Assembly: GCA_964471375.1 (NCBI GenBank)
Contig: CAYYFM010000073.1
Location: forward strand, 1 to 44,926
From: an uncultured Gammaproteobacteria bacterium
GTDB lineage: Bacteria; Patescibacteriota; Patescibacteriia; UBA9934; GWF2-40-263
Length of the DNA stretch: 44,926 nt
Direction of reading: 5' to 3'
Shown here: positions 7,394 through 14,766 of the stretch, one piece after another
How positions within the stretch are numbered: the first letter of the stretch is position 1
How the letters are laid out: each line of letters begins with the position of its first letter
The notes under the pieces: generated by a model
What the model saw: only the letters and a program-made list of their open reading frames with translations
Database searches by the model: none
Told to the model about the DNA's origin: nothing
Program-made: the position numbers and the translations under genes

Positions 7394-7924
7394 ATGATCC
7401 GCATCTCTCAACCTGCGCCAAATTTCACAACCGTGACGGCTTATAAAAAAGGAACAGACGGTTTCACGACCGTGAGTTTGTCTGATTACGCTGGCAAATG
7501 GCTCGTGTTCTTTTTTTATCCACGCGATTTCACCTTCATCTGCCCAACAGAGCTCAAAGGATTTTCTACACACCGTGCTGAGTTCACAGCTCTGAACGCC
7601 GATATTCTCGCGGCATCAACCGATTCAGAATGGAGCCACAAAAATTGGTTTGAACGCGACTTGCCTGAAGTCGATTACCCGATCCTCGCTGACAACACCC
7701 ATTCGATCAGCGAAGCATACGACGTGTACAATCCAGCGGACGGACTCGCCGAACGCGGAACATTCATCATCGACCCAAGCGGTGTCGTCCGCTACGCCCT
7801 CGTCTCCTCAGGCTCTGTCGGTCGTTCTGTCTCGGAAACTCTCCGCGTCCTCAAAGCTTTGCAGTCCGGCGAACTATGTCCAGTTGAGTGGAGTACAGGC
7901 GAAAAAACGCTAGGTAAAGCGTAA
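7394..7924 (+). CDS. 2-Cys peroxiredoxin (AhpC/Prx1 type)
   Basis: Peroxidatic motif FFFYPRDFTFICPTEL and resolving-Cys motif GELCPVEW. Confidence 0.9.
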   Translation: MIRISQPAPNFTTVTAYKKGTDGFTTVSLSDYAGKWLVFFFYPRDFTFICPTELKGFSTHRAEFTALNADILAASTDSEWSHKNWFERDLPEVDYPILADNTHSISEAYDVYNPADGLAERGTFIIDPSGVVRYALVSSGSVGRSVSETLRVLKALQSGELCPVEWSTGEKTLGKA

Positions 7925-7979
7925 AAAACAAAAAAGACGCTTGACAAAGGCACCCTTCCAAACAAACCAACTTCTCACA

Positions 7980-8250
7980 ACACGATCCACTTCCGCGAGC
8001 GCTCGCACCGCCCGCCGGAAGCGTCAACTGTCACATTTGGGGGAAACGTTCCCCTGCGGGTGAAAAGGCACACCGTGACAGTTATACCAGACGGCCGCAC
8101 GAACGGATCTGAAATCGTGCGACGGAAGTCCGTCGTGAGAGCGCCCTTTCATCCCAACACAGTCGGGAACGGAACTCTCTTTAGGAACTTGGCAGGCTGT
8201 CAGCGGATTTTTCAGGAAGAAGCGAATTCTGAATCCGATTTATTTTCACA
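7980..8250 (+). ncRNA. candidate structured non-coding RNA, family unknown
   Basis: GC-rich non-coding gap between convergent genes with at least five stable hairpins:
- CTTCCG/CGGAAG, 7990-8021
- AACTGTCAC/GTGACAGTT, 8026-8083, enclosing GGGGAA-acg-TTCCCC and GGTG-a8-CACC
- CGCACGA/TCGTGCG, 8096-8121
- GACGG-aagt-CCGTC, 8121-8134
The stretch ends in a stem (8204-8237) plus a U-rich tail. The strand assignment comes from that tail. No convincing -10 box was found. Confidence 0.35.
8204..8246 (+). terminator. putative intrinsic terminator at the end of the candidate RNA
   Basis: CGGATT..AATCCG stem followed by ATTTATTTT. On the minus strand the stem is not followed by a T-run. Confidence 0.45.
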
Positions 8251-8255
8251 TGTCG

Positions 8256-8486
8256 TTACACTCCAAATATTTTTTTCATTTTCTTTTCATCATACCCAAC
8301 AATAATCTCATCTCCAATCTCAATCACAGGCACACCCATTTGGCCAGTTTTTTTAATCATTCTATCTGCTGATTCGCTGTCAGCGGAAACGTCGATATCA
8401 GTGAATTTCACCTTATGCTCGGCAAGAAATTTTTTTACGAGTTTGCAATACGGGCAGGTCGGGGTTGAATAGACAGTTACGGTCAT
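8256..8486 (-). CDS. glutaredoxin-like protein (NrdH/Grx family)
   Basis: YSTPTCPYCKLVKKFL (CPYC active site) and GVPVIEIGDEIIVGYD. Start set at ATG 8484-8486 (MTVTVY); the upstream extension is repeat sequence. Confidence 0.85.
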   Translation of the reverse strand: MTVTVYSTPTCPYCKLVKKFLAEHKVKFTDIDVSADSESADRMIKKTGQMGVPVIEIGDEIIVGYDEKKMKKIFGV

Positions 8487-8552
8487 AGGACTTGACGCCA
8501 CTAAAGTGGCTTTGAATAAATAGCTAAATTCCTAGCGATTTTAATCGCGTCC
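8487..8552. repeat. two half-elements of the palindromic family (GCCACTAAAGTGGC and variant GCGATTTTAATCGC)
   Basis: aggacttGACGCCACTAAAGTGGCtttgaat abuts the grx start. TTCCTAGCGATTTTAATCGCGTCC (8529-8552) contains the stop codon (8541-8543) of the ferredoxin gene. Confidence 0.85.
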
Positions 8553-8825
8553 AGTAATCCGAGAAACAATCTCTGGAATATCCTCCTCTGTTACTTGCCC
8601 GAGCCAGATGTTGTCTGGCATGATTACGACCGTAGCGCCTGTTGTGCAGTTATCGAGGCAACCAGATTTGGCAACACGGACGTCTGTCGTAACCGCTTTG
8701 ACCGCTTCTTTAATTTTCTTATGAAGTTCAACGGCATTTTTCTGAGCACAACATTCCGTCCCGTCCACACGTTCATTGGTACAAACCAAAACAAGTTTGC
8801 GAAATTTTTTCAAGGTTTCCATCAT
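8541..8825 (-). CDS. thioredoxin-like [2Fe-2S] ferredoxin
   Basis: VLVCTNERVDGTECC...GCLDNCTTGATVVIMPDNIW is the typical Cys pattern of (2Fe-2S) ferredoxin-domain proteins. Confidence 0.7.
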   Translation of the reverse strand: MMETLKKFRKLVLVCTNERVDGTECCAQKNAVELHKKIKEAVKAVTTDVRVAKSGCLDNCTTGATVVIMPDNIWLGQVTEEDIPEIVSRITGRD

Positions 8826-8867
8826 AAAATTGAAGAAATCTAAACGCTAAACGCTACACACTACTCC

Positions 8868-10364
8868 CTACAGGGACCTCAAGTACTCAATCAACGTCCT
8901 GACCCCGTGACCCGTGCCTCCTTTTGGCGTGTATGCGTTGATTTGTTTTTCTGCAAAAGCAGGACCAGCGATGTCGAGATGGACCCAAGGAATTCCGGCG
9001 ACGAATTCTTGAAGGAGTAGTCCAGCGGTAAGCGAACCGCCCCATCGTGGAGCATCATTTTTGTAATCTGCAATGTCGGTTTTGATCAGTTCTTTATACT
9101 GCTCTGGCAATGGAAGCTCCCACATGTTCTCGCCCGCTTCGGCAGCAGCGGCGAGAACTTTTCTTCCGAGAGCGGGATTGTTTGTCATGAGTCCTGTGAA
9201 CTCTTCACCAAGAGCGATAACACACGCTCCTGTCAGCGTGGCGAGATCAATAATCACATCTGGTTTTTGTTTTGTTGCGTACGTGAGTGTATCTGCAAGT
9301 GTCACACGACCTTCGGCATCGGTGTTTTTAATTTCAATTGTTTTGCCATTCATGATCGTAACAACATCTCCTGGACGAATTGCCTTGCCTGAAGGCATGT
9401 TTTCCACGGCGCCGAAAATTCCGTGAACTTCGGCGTCTGGTGCTAGTTTATCGATCACAGAAAAAACCCCAAGCACAGCCGCCGCCCCAGCCATATCACA
9501 TTTCATCGTTTCCATTGAGTTTGCTGGTTTGAGTGAAAGTCCACCAGAATCAAACGTCACGGCCTTTCCAACAAGCGCGATCCGCCTTATGCCTTTCCCT
9601 CCGACCCTCCGAACCTCAGGACCTTTCGTTCCCTTTGGTCTATAAACCATGTGCACCAAAAACGGCTCGTGCTCTGACCCTTGTGCAATTCCTAGCAAAC
9701 CACCACAACCCATCTTTGCAAGCTGATCACGACCAAAAACTTTGAGCTTGATCGAACCTTTCCCTTTCGCGATCGTTCGTGCAGATTCAACCAAATCCTC
9801 CGGTCGCATGTGCGCGGCAGGAGTATTGACAAGATCTCGTGCAAGAATCGTGCCATCCGCCTCCAGATTCGCGCGAACCAATTGCTCCCCCGCTATCCGA
9901 GCAAGGCGTGCATCGTCGGTAACCAGTTCGAACATCTTCGGTGATGAATTATCTTCATCCTTTTTATATCTTCCAAAAGAGTAATCCGCCAATCGAATCC
10001 CTTCAATGATTGCATGCGCAGATCCAAACAAATCACACACCACAGATTTTACTTTGACAGATTTTACCGCCTTCAAGGCACTTGCTCCTGCCTCCCGCGC
10101 TTTTTCATCAGTAAATTTTTTCTTTTCTCCGAGCCCAAGGAGAACCACACGCTTTGCGTTCAATAAACCGCTCGTTCGAATCATCAAAACAGACCCAAGT
10201 TTTGGCTTGAATCCTTCCTCCTTACAAATCGTTTCGATGAGACCGTCCAACGCTTTATTCACCATCGCCGATGTTCCGCTCAACTTTGTGTCAAGAAACT
10301 GACTGACAATGAGAACGTCTGATTTTTCCTCTAAAATGTTTGCTTTGCGAGTCGTAATATTCAT
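8868..10364 (-). CDS. pepA: leucyl aminopeptidase (M17)
   Basis: VGKAVTFDSGGLSLKP, MKCDMAGAAAV and NTDAEGRVTLAD motifs. Confidence 0.9.
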   Translation of the reverse strand: MNITTRKANILEEKSDVLIVSQFLDTKLSGTSAMVNKALDGLIETICKEEGFKPKLGSVLMIRTSGLLNAKRVVLLGLGEKKKFTDEKAREAGASALKAVKSVKVKSVVCDLFGSAHAIIEGIRLADYSFGRYKKDEDNSSPKMFELVTDDARLARIAGEQLVRANLEADGTILARDLVNTPAAHMRPEDLVESARTIAKGKGSIKLKVFGRDQLAKMGCGGLLGIAQGSEHEPFLVHMVYRPKGTKGPEVRRVGGKGIRRIALVGKAVTFDSGGLSLKPANSMETMKCDMAGAAAVLGVFSVIDKLAPDAEVHGIFGAVENMPSGKAIRPGDVVTIMNGKTIEIKNTDAEGRVTLADTLTYATKQKPDVIIDLATLTGACVIALGEEFTGLMTNNPALGRKVLAAAAEAGENMWELPLPEQYKELIKTDIADYKNDAPRWGGSLTAGLLLQEFVAGIPWVHLDIAGPAFAEKQINAYTPKGGTGHGVRTLIEYLRSL

Positions 10365-10666
10365 ACCGAGAAACCGTACACGATCGGAAGCGTCATGGCA
10401 ATAAAGATAAGCGCGGAGATGAGAAAGGTGTGATAGGCCCTATCGCGATGGTCGCTACAATCACGTCCTTTACACCATGCAAGAGAAAAGAAAAAAATGA
10501 TCGCATACACAGAGACAACAAACAAATACAAAGAACCGAGCGAATCAACAAGATTGGATCGATACCAAATGAGATTGAGAATCCATCCTGCGTGCAACGC
10601 GGCAGAAGCAGCAACGAGTGCGGCGACGGCAATGGATTCGTGGATGCGTTGTTTGAATGGGAACAT
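10361..10666 (-). CDS. small integral membrane protein
   Basis: 101 aa with about 3 TM segments. ATGA overlap with the pepA start. Confidence 0.5.
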   Translation of the reverse strand: MFPFKQRIHESIAVAALVAASAALHAGWILNLIWYRSNLVDSLGSLYLFVVSVYAIIFFFSLAWCKGRDCSDHRDRAYHTFLISALIFIAMTLPIVYGFSV

Positions 10667-10669
10667 ATT

Positions 10670-11086
10670 TTAAAGCATTGCCTCGATGGCTATAACGATA
10701 ATTGCAATGAGTGAGATTCCACTTGCAACGGCAACGGTGTTTCGATAATCGCGTGCATGTTTTTCAGCGATACGTTCGAGATAGACTGAAAGGACGAACA
10801 AGGACGTTCCGACGAGGAGAATAGGGAGCATGATGAGCAAGCGTCGGTGTGTTGCCGCTGCAAGAGAGAGAACCGCGGATTGTTCTGTTACAATCGTTTG
10901 AATACCGACACCAAACAGATCGACGAGGACGATTCCAAGCAGGGCAAAAAACGAAATGGCGAGCGTTCCGAAAAGCACGCGCGCGATCGGCGAGTGGTGA
11001 TGGACGAGCAAGGAAAGCGTGGTAGATGCAGTAAGAGTTACCATCGCAATTCCGAGCAGAATTGTTGTTGGATCAAACAGGTCCAT
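10670..11086 (-). CDS. integral membrane protein
   Basis: 138 aa with about 4 TM segments, 3 nt upstream of the next ORF. Confidence 0.5.
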   Translation of the reverse strand: MDLFDPTTILLGIAMVTLTASTTLSLLVHHHSPIARVLFGTLAISFFALLGIVLVDLFGVGIQTIVTEQSAVLSLAAATHRRLLIMLPILLVGTSLFVLSVYLERIAEKHARDYRNTVAVASGISLIAIIVIAIEAML

Positions 11087-11164
11087 AGATCATTGACACT
11101 ATACCACGTTTCTAGTATCCTTTCAGCATAAATCGATCTTGGCTCTTGAATCTTTCAAACATTT

Positions 11165-11323
11165 ATGGGAATGAGAAAAAAAATTCGATTAATGTGGAAG
11201 AAGGACCGACAGGTCAATCTTGCTGATCAACGCAAAGCAAAAGCAATTCGTCTCACGAAAGCAGGATCCACCGCAACAAAAGTTGGATCAAAGGCGAGTG
11301 CCGCTAAGACCCAAAGTCACTAA
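11165..11323 (+). CDS. possible small basic protein (52 aa)
   Basis: Hand-translated as MGMRKKIRLMWKKDRQVNLADQRKAKAIRLTKAGSTATKVGSKASAAKTQSH. It is below the track's size cutoff, no family is recognised, and there is no clear SD. Confidence 0.25.
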   Translation: MGMRKKIRLMWKKDRQVNLADQRKAKAIRLTKAGSTATKVGSKASAAKTQSH

Positions 11324-11355
11324 GAGCCGGTCACTTTCGACCGACTCTTAGTGAC
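11316..11355. repeat. 17-bp-stem hairpin sharing the CTAAGAGCCGG core of the REP family
   Basis: GTCACTAAGAGCCGGTC-actttc-GACCGACTCTTAGTGAC (one mismatch). It overlaps the small-ORF stop and the GTG listed as the rlmN start. Confidence 0.8.
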
Positions 11356-11365
11356 CACCTCGCGT

Positions 11366-12463
11366 ATGCGCAAGGAGCAGTTCAGCCAATTATTTCCCGA
11401 CACGCCTGCTTACCGCTGGAAACAGATTGAGCAGGCGTTTTTCGTTCCGACCATTGTGTCTTGGGATGGCATCACTTCGCTTTCAAAAAAAATGCGAGCG
11501 GGCCTTGTGGACATTCCGTTTATGTCGGTGAAGGCAACACAAATCATGGTCAGTGCAAAAAAAGATACACACAAAGCATTACTTGAGTTATCTGATGGTC
11601 AAATCGTCGAATCTGTTCTCATGGAGAACGCACGCGGCGATTGGACGATTTGCGTTTCCTCACAGGTCGGTTGCGCCATGCGCTGTGGGTTTTGTGCCAC
11701 AGGAAAAATGGGCCTGAAGCGATCGCTCACGACCGATGAGATTGTGGATCAGTACCGATTCTGGAACTACTTCCTAGCCACTTTTTTACCCACCAAAGCT
11801 TTAGCGTCGGTGGGAGTCCAGTCCGAGACGGACGGGACTAAAGTCCCTAGGAACATGAAACGGATCAGCAACATCGTTTTCATGGGCATGGGTGAACCAC
11901 TTGCGAATTACGAAAATGTCAAAGCAACGCTCAACACATGGCTTGCCAATACCGACATTGGAAAAACACGCATCACGGTTTCAACGGTCGGAGTGCTTCC
12001 CCGTCTCGAACAAATCCTGACCGACAAAGACTGGCCACACGTTCGCCTCGCTGTCTCGCTTCACTCTGCAATTGCCGAAACGCGCAAACAGATCGTGCCA
12101 ACATCGTACGATGATTTTCTTCCAAAACTGCAAGACTGGGCGCGACGTTACTTGAGCATCCTTGGAAACCGTCGTCATCATCTGACGTTTGAGTACGTGA
12201 TGCTGAAAAACATCAACGACACCGACGAACACGCGCATGCACTCGCCGCATTCGTTCACTCGATTGGAAACGTCCGATGTAATCTCATTCCATACAACTT
12301 GACCGATTGTGAATTTTCGCGAAGCGAAGACAATCAGATTGCAAAATTTATTTCCATTTTAGAAAAAGCAGACGTCACCGCGACACGTCGAAAAACCATG
12401 GGAGATGATATCGCTGCTGCTTGTGGACAGTTGATTGTGCTATCAAAAAAAGCCAAAGGTTAA
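11366..12463 (+). CDS. rlmN: 23S rRNA/tRNA (adenine-C2)-methyltransferase, radical SAM
   Basis: AYRWKQIEQAFF, QVGCAMRCGFCATG (CxxxCxxC), MGMGEPLANY and GDDIAAACGQL motifs. Start set at ATG 11366, outside the hairpin. An 83-bp repeat is read through in frame. Confidence 0.9.
   Translation: MRKEQFSQLFPDTPAYRWKQIEQAFFVPTIVSWDGITSLSKKMRAGLVDIPFMSVKATQIMVSAKKDTHKALLELSDGQIVESVLMENARGDWTICVSSQVGCAMRCGFCATGKMGLKRSLTTDEIVDQYRFWNYFLATFLPTKALASVGVQSETDGTKVPRNMKRISNIVFMGMGEPLANYENVKATLNTWLANTDIGKTRITVSTVGVLPRLEQILTDKDWPHVRLAVSLHSAIAETRKQIVPTSYDDFLPKLQDWARRYLSILGNRRHHLTFEYVMLKNINDTDEHAHALAAFVHSIGNVRCNLIPYNLTDCEFSRSEDNQIAKFISILEKADVTATRRKTMGDDIAAACGQLIVLSKKAKG
11771..11853. repeat. composite palindromic element (83 bp) inside rlmN
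   Basis: TTCCTAGCCACTtttttaCCCACCaaagctttagcgtcGGTGGGagtccagtccgagacgGACGGGACTAAAGTCCCTAGGAA. Translated as FLATFLPTKALASVGVQSETDGTKVPRN. Confidence 0.9.
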
Positions 12464-12470
12464 CCCTCGG

Positions 12471-13103
12471 CTAGTGGAAGACGGATAGACCTTCGCGAAT
12501 TTGTGGAGTCACCATCCCTTTGCTCTGCAGATAGTTCAAGAACAACTGTGACGCTCGACGCTCAATCTGTGGCGTCAATCGACGAAGAACATTTTCAAAA
12601 TAGCTCAGCACCCATTCGTCGAACGGACCAGTGATCGTTCGGTCGATGAGTACCATGATCGGCTTTTGATCCTTAAATGGATGTTTCGTCAGACGCGAGA
12701 CAATCGCAACAGAACCAGGTCTGAACAACTGAACAAATTGTTCATGTCCAATCAGGAAACCTAGAACCTGATCACTTCCCCACTGAATCACTTCCTGATC
12801 CGTTGAAGGAATCCCCTCGATACTGCGAACGAGTTCTGCAAAGAGCATGTCGACCAGTTCAGCGAGCAACCCGTTGATCTTGTTGCATGACCAAACGTCT
12901 GGTCCGTCTCCTTTGAAACCTTCGTCACGCGAGTACGAAAGCATATAGCACCCGTCCTTCAGATCACGTCGAACATGCGCCAGCATTCCCGTCAATTCCG
13001 CAAGAGACTGCCCTGCGATTTTCGGCTCCGTCACGATCGTGATCGGATTCACATTGCTCTGATCAACGAAAACGTGCAAACGGAACAGTCTAGAGTTTCC
13101 CAT
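12471..13103 (-). CDS. hypothetical protein (210 aa, GC-richer island)
   Basis: Start set at ATG 13101-13103 (MGNSRLF), preceded by a GAGAGGAGA SD, with its own TTGACT-17-TACTAT promoter. No family recognised. Confidence 0.6.
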   Translation of the reverse strand: MGNSRLFRLHVFVDQSNVNPITIVTEPKIAGQSLAELTGMLAHVRRDLKDGCYMLSYSRDEGFKGDGPDVWSCNKINGLLAELVDMLFAELVRSIEGIPSTDQEVIQWGSDQVLGFLIGHEQFVQLFRPGSVAIVSRLTKHPFKDQKPIMVLIDRTITGPFDEWVLSYFENVLRRLTPQIERRASQLFLNYLQSKGMVTPQIREGLSVFH

Positions 13104-13145
13104 TGTCTCCTCTCTTTGTCCTGGATACATTCCAGAAACGCAATG

Positions 13146-13174
13146 ATAGTATCAAAATATTATGAACGAGTCAA
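13146..13174 (-). promoter_or_regulatory. sigma70-like promoter TTGACT-17nt-TACTAT
   Basis: On the minus strand, -35 at 13169-13174 and -10 at 13146-13151. Confidence 0.45.
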
Positions 13175-13304
13175 CACGCAGTCTTGTCCCAATACAAAAT
13201 GAGCCCCAAATGGGTTTTCGATTCCAATGCAACATGAGCCCCAAATGAGGGGGTTTTGGAATCATCCACAGCTTGGAGTACGGAAGGGGTTTATGATTTT
13301 TTTT

Positions 13305-13448
13305 ATGAATGACAATCTACTCGTAACCGTAGAGCAACTTTCAGCGTTTGTGTCCGCATCCCGCGACATGAACTTTGTTGGAGGAACTCGTCGAGAAAAG
13401 TACACGTGGATTGAGCGCCCGGCTCTAAGAGCCGGGCGACCACTGTAA
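13305..13448 (+). pseudogene. probable 5' remnant of a transposase/integrase gene, truncated by a REP hairpin
   Basis: MNDNLLVTVEQLSAFVSASRDMNFVGGTRREKYTWIER resembles N-termini I recall from rve-type integrase/transposase genes (unverified). The frame then runs into REP-encoded PALRAGRPL and stops. Confidence 0.3.
13416..13438. repeat. REP hairpin (variant)
   Basis: CGCCCGGCTC-taa-GAGCCGGGCG, a perfect 10-bp stem. Confidence 0.85.
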
Positions 13449-13458
13449 ACATTGGGTC

Positions 13459-13481
13459 ATTCCGGCTCTAAGAGCCGGAAT
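13459..13481. repeat. REP hairpin
   Basis: ATTCCGGCTC-taa-GAGCCGGAAT, identical to the copies flanking the RAYT gene. Confidence 0.9.
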
Positions 13482-13484
13482 TGC

Positions 13485-13513
13485 TTGACAGGGGGTGAGT
13501 TTCGAGGTACGCT
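13485..13513 (+). promoter_or_regulatory. sigma70-like promoter TTGACA-17nt-TACGCT
   Basis: Lies immediately after the REP hairpin and upstream of the 13557 gene. Confidence 0.4.
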
Positions 13514-13556
13514 CAGTGTCCGTCTGATGTTCAATTTCAACTTAACGGATGGAGAA

Positions 13557-14384
13557 ATGACTTCTATTACCTTTGCCGATGTAGTGGGGTGGACGGATAG
13601 TTTGGAACTGTTTCGTCTCACCCATGATCAACTCATTCTTCAAGAAGGAGAAAAGGATTTACTCCCTGTCAGAGCTCTGCGAACGGTCATGACTGACTAC
13701 TTCGCTGGCCGTACCTTTCAGGGAAACGCTCTGATGACCGTTCGCGAGGTCGAGGACGACTCACATCCTGCCATGACCCACCTACGTCGTGGAGCATTCC
13801 TCACAGGAGTTGCTTCGGCACGTCAGCATGCCAATGGACGATTCGAGGTGATCGATTCAGCACGCATTGCATCGACAGGGCTGAAGTACATTACTCGGGC
13901 GTTTCTGCACCTACGTCAAGAAGATTTCTTTCGCGTTTTCAGCACCGTTGATGCTGCTCATGAGCCGTTCCTTCACCATGCGCTTGCCGGTGCCCTTTCG
14001 GAAGCTCATGTGGCCACCCTTGTCGTCAAAACCGGATACACAATTCGTTTCCCGACGACAGAAGAAGATCTCCTGTTCGGAGTTGACTGGATCGTTCCAT
14101 TTGGCGATGGGTCCTGTGGAGTGGTGCTCCAAGTCAAAAGTAATGTCGAATCATCCGGTATTGAGTTCGTCGCCGTGACACAACAAAATGCTTTCCATTC
14201 TCCCAGTGGACCGAACCTCTTTCGGGATGGCTGGTCAAAGACCCAGGGATTCAATGAAGCGTATAACGTGTCCTACTCCCCTGCCATCGCTTACGTAGTC
14301 AGCACGAGCGACCGACGATTCCACTTCGACCGACAGGGCAACATCGATGTCACTCGCGCATTCCTCACCTCTCTCGCCTCATAG
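13557..14384 (+). CDS. hypothetical protein (275 aa) with a possible PD-(D/E)xK-like motif
   Basis: ATG at 13557 follows GGAG (13551-13554); the alternative ATG at 13527 is in frame. The track's longer N-terminus (MGHSGSKSRN..) is REP sequence. EAH..GVDWIV..VVLQVKS loosely fits a restriction-endonuclease-fold motif (weak). Confidence 0.6.
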   Translation: MTSITFADVVGWTDSLELFRLTHDQLILQEGEKDLLPVRALRTVMTDYFAGRTFQGNALMTVREVEDDSHPAMTHLRRGAFLTGVASARQHANGRFEVIDSARIASTGLKYITRAFLHLRQEDFFRVFSTVDAAHEPFLHHALAGALSEAHVATLVVKTGYTIRFPTTEEDLLFGVDWIVPFGDGSCGVVLQVKSNVESSGIEFVAVTQQNAFHSPSGPNLFRDGWSKTQGFNEAYNVSYSPAIAYVVSTSDRRFHFDRQGNIDVTRAFLTSLAS

Positions 14385-14485
14385 CCCTTCGACGGTCTTG
14401 ACAGGCGAGTTTTTTTATCGTCAAACGTGTGACGAGGTGGTAAACTTTATCCATCATTTTTAATGGACATCTGTCCACCGATCAT

Positions 14486-14761
14486 ATGAACCTTCGTGAG
14501 GTACCACCAGGTCAACCTAAATCTCCGTTCGACGCTCCAGAGCCGCCGTGGGAACTGAGCAAAAACGGTCCTCCTGAGTTTCAAGATAACGAGAACCCAG
14601 CCACGGGACAGATTACAGTAGATATTCACCCAGACGACAAAGGGATACAAATTGTCGACATCAAGCCTAGCCCAGAAGATTCCCTTGAAGAAGTATTTCC
14701 AATGGATGACGAAGAATCGGATGAGCCAATCGAAATGCCAGCCGCTGAGGAAGCGGCGTAA
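14486..14761 (+). CDS. small acidic Pro/Glu/Asp-rich protein (91 aa)
   Basis: ORF followed by a double TAA and a strong terminator. The C-terminus is DSLEEVFPMDDEESDEPIEMPAAEEAA. No family recognised. Confidence 0.5.
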   Translation: MNLREVPPGQPKSPFDAPEPPWELSKNGPPEFQDNENPATGQITVDIHPDDKGIQIVDIKPSPEDSLEEVFPMDDEESDEPIEMPAAEEAA

Positions 14762-14766
14762 TAAAC

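Noticed and set aside
7980-8250. RNase P RNA (also considered tmRNA, SRP RNA, 6S RNA and riboswitches).
   Set aside because: - RNase P-like strings are present (GGAAGUCCG, GGGUGAAAAGGCAC) but occur in the wrong 5'-3' order, and the P4 partner sequence is missing.
- There is no tRNA-like 3' end or tag ORF for tmRNA.
- There is no SRP domain-IV GGAA/AGCA motif.
- It is not a single long bulged hairpin like 6S RNA.
- Its position between convergent genes argues against a riboswitch.
8060-8305. 81-aa plus-strand ORF.
   Set aside because: It starts at GTG inside the structured GC-rich gap and runs antisense into the glutaredoxin gene. There is no SD and the composition is not protein-like.
11087-11165. 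Promoter TTGACA..TAGTAT upstream of the small basic ORF.
   Set aside because: The spacer between the boxes is only 14 nt by my count, too short for a standard sigma70 promoter, so it is not reported as a feature.
13452-13556. Upstream part of the 13452-14384 ORF (MGHSGSKSRNCLTGG..).
   Set aside because: It is encoded by the REP hairpin and the predicted promoter itself. The GGAG-ATG at 13557 (or the ATG at 13527) is a more plausible start.
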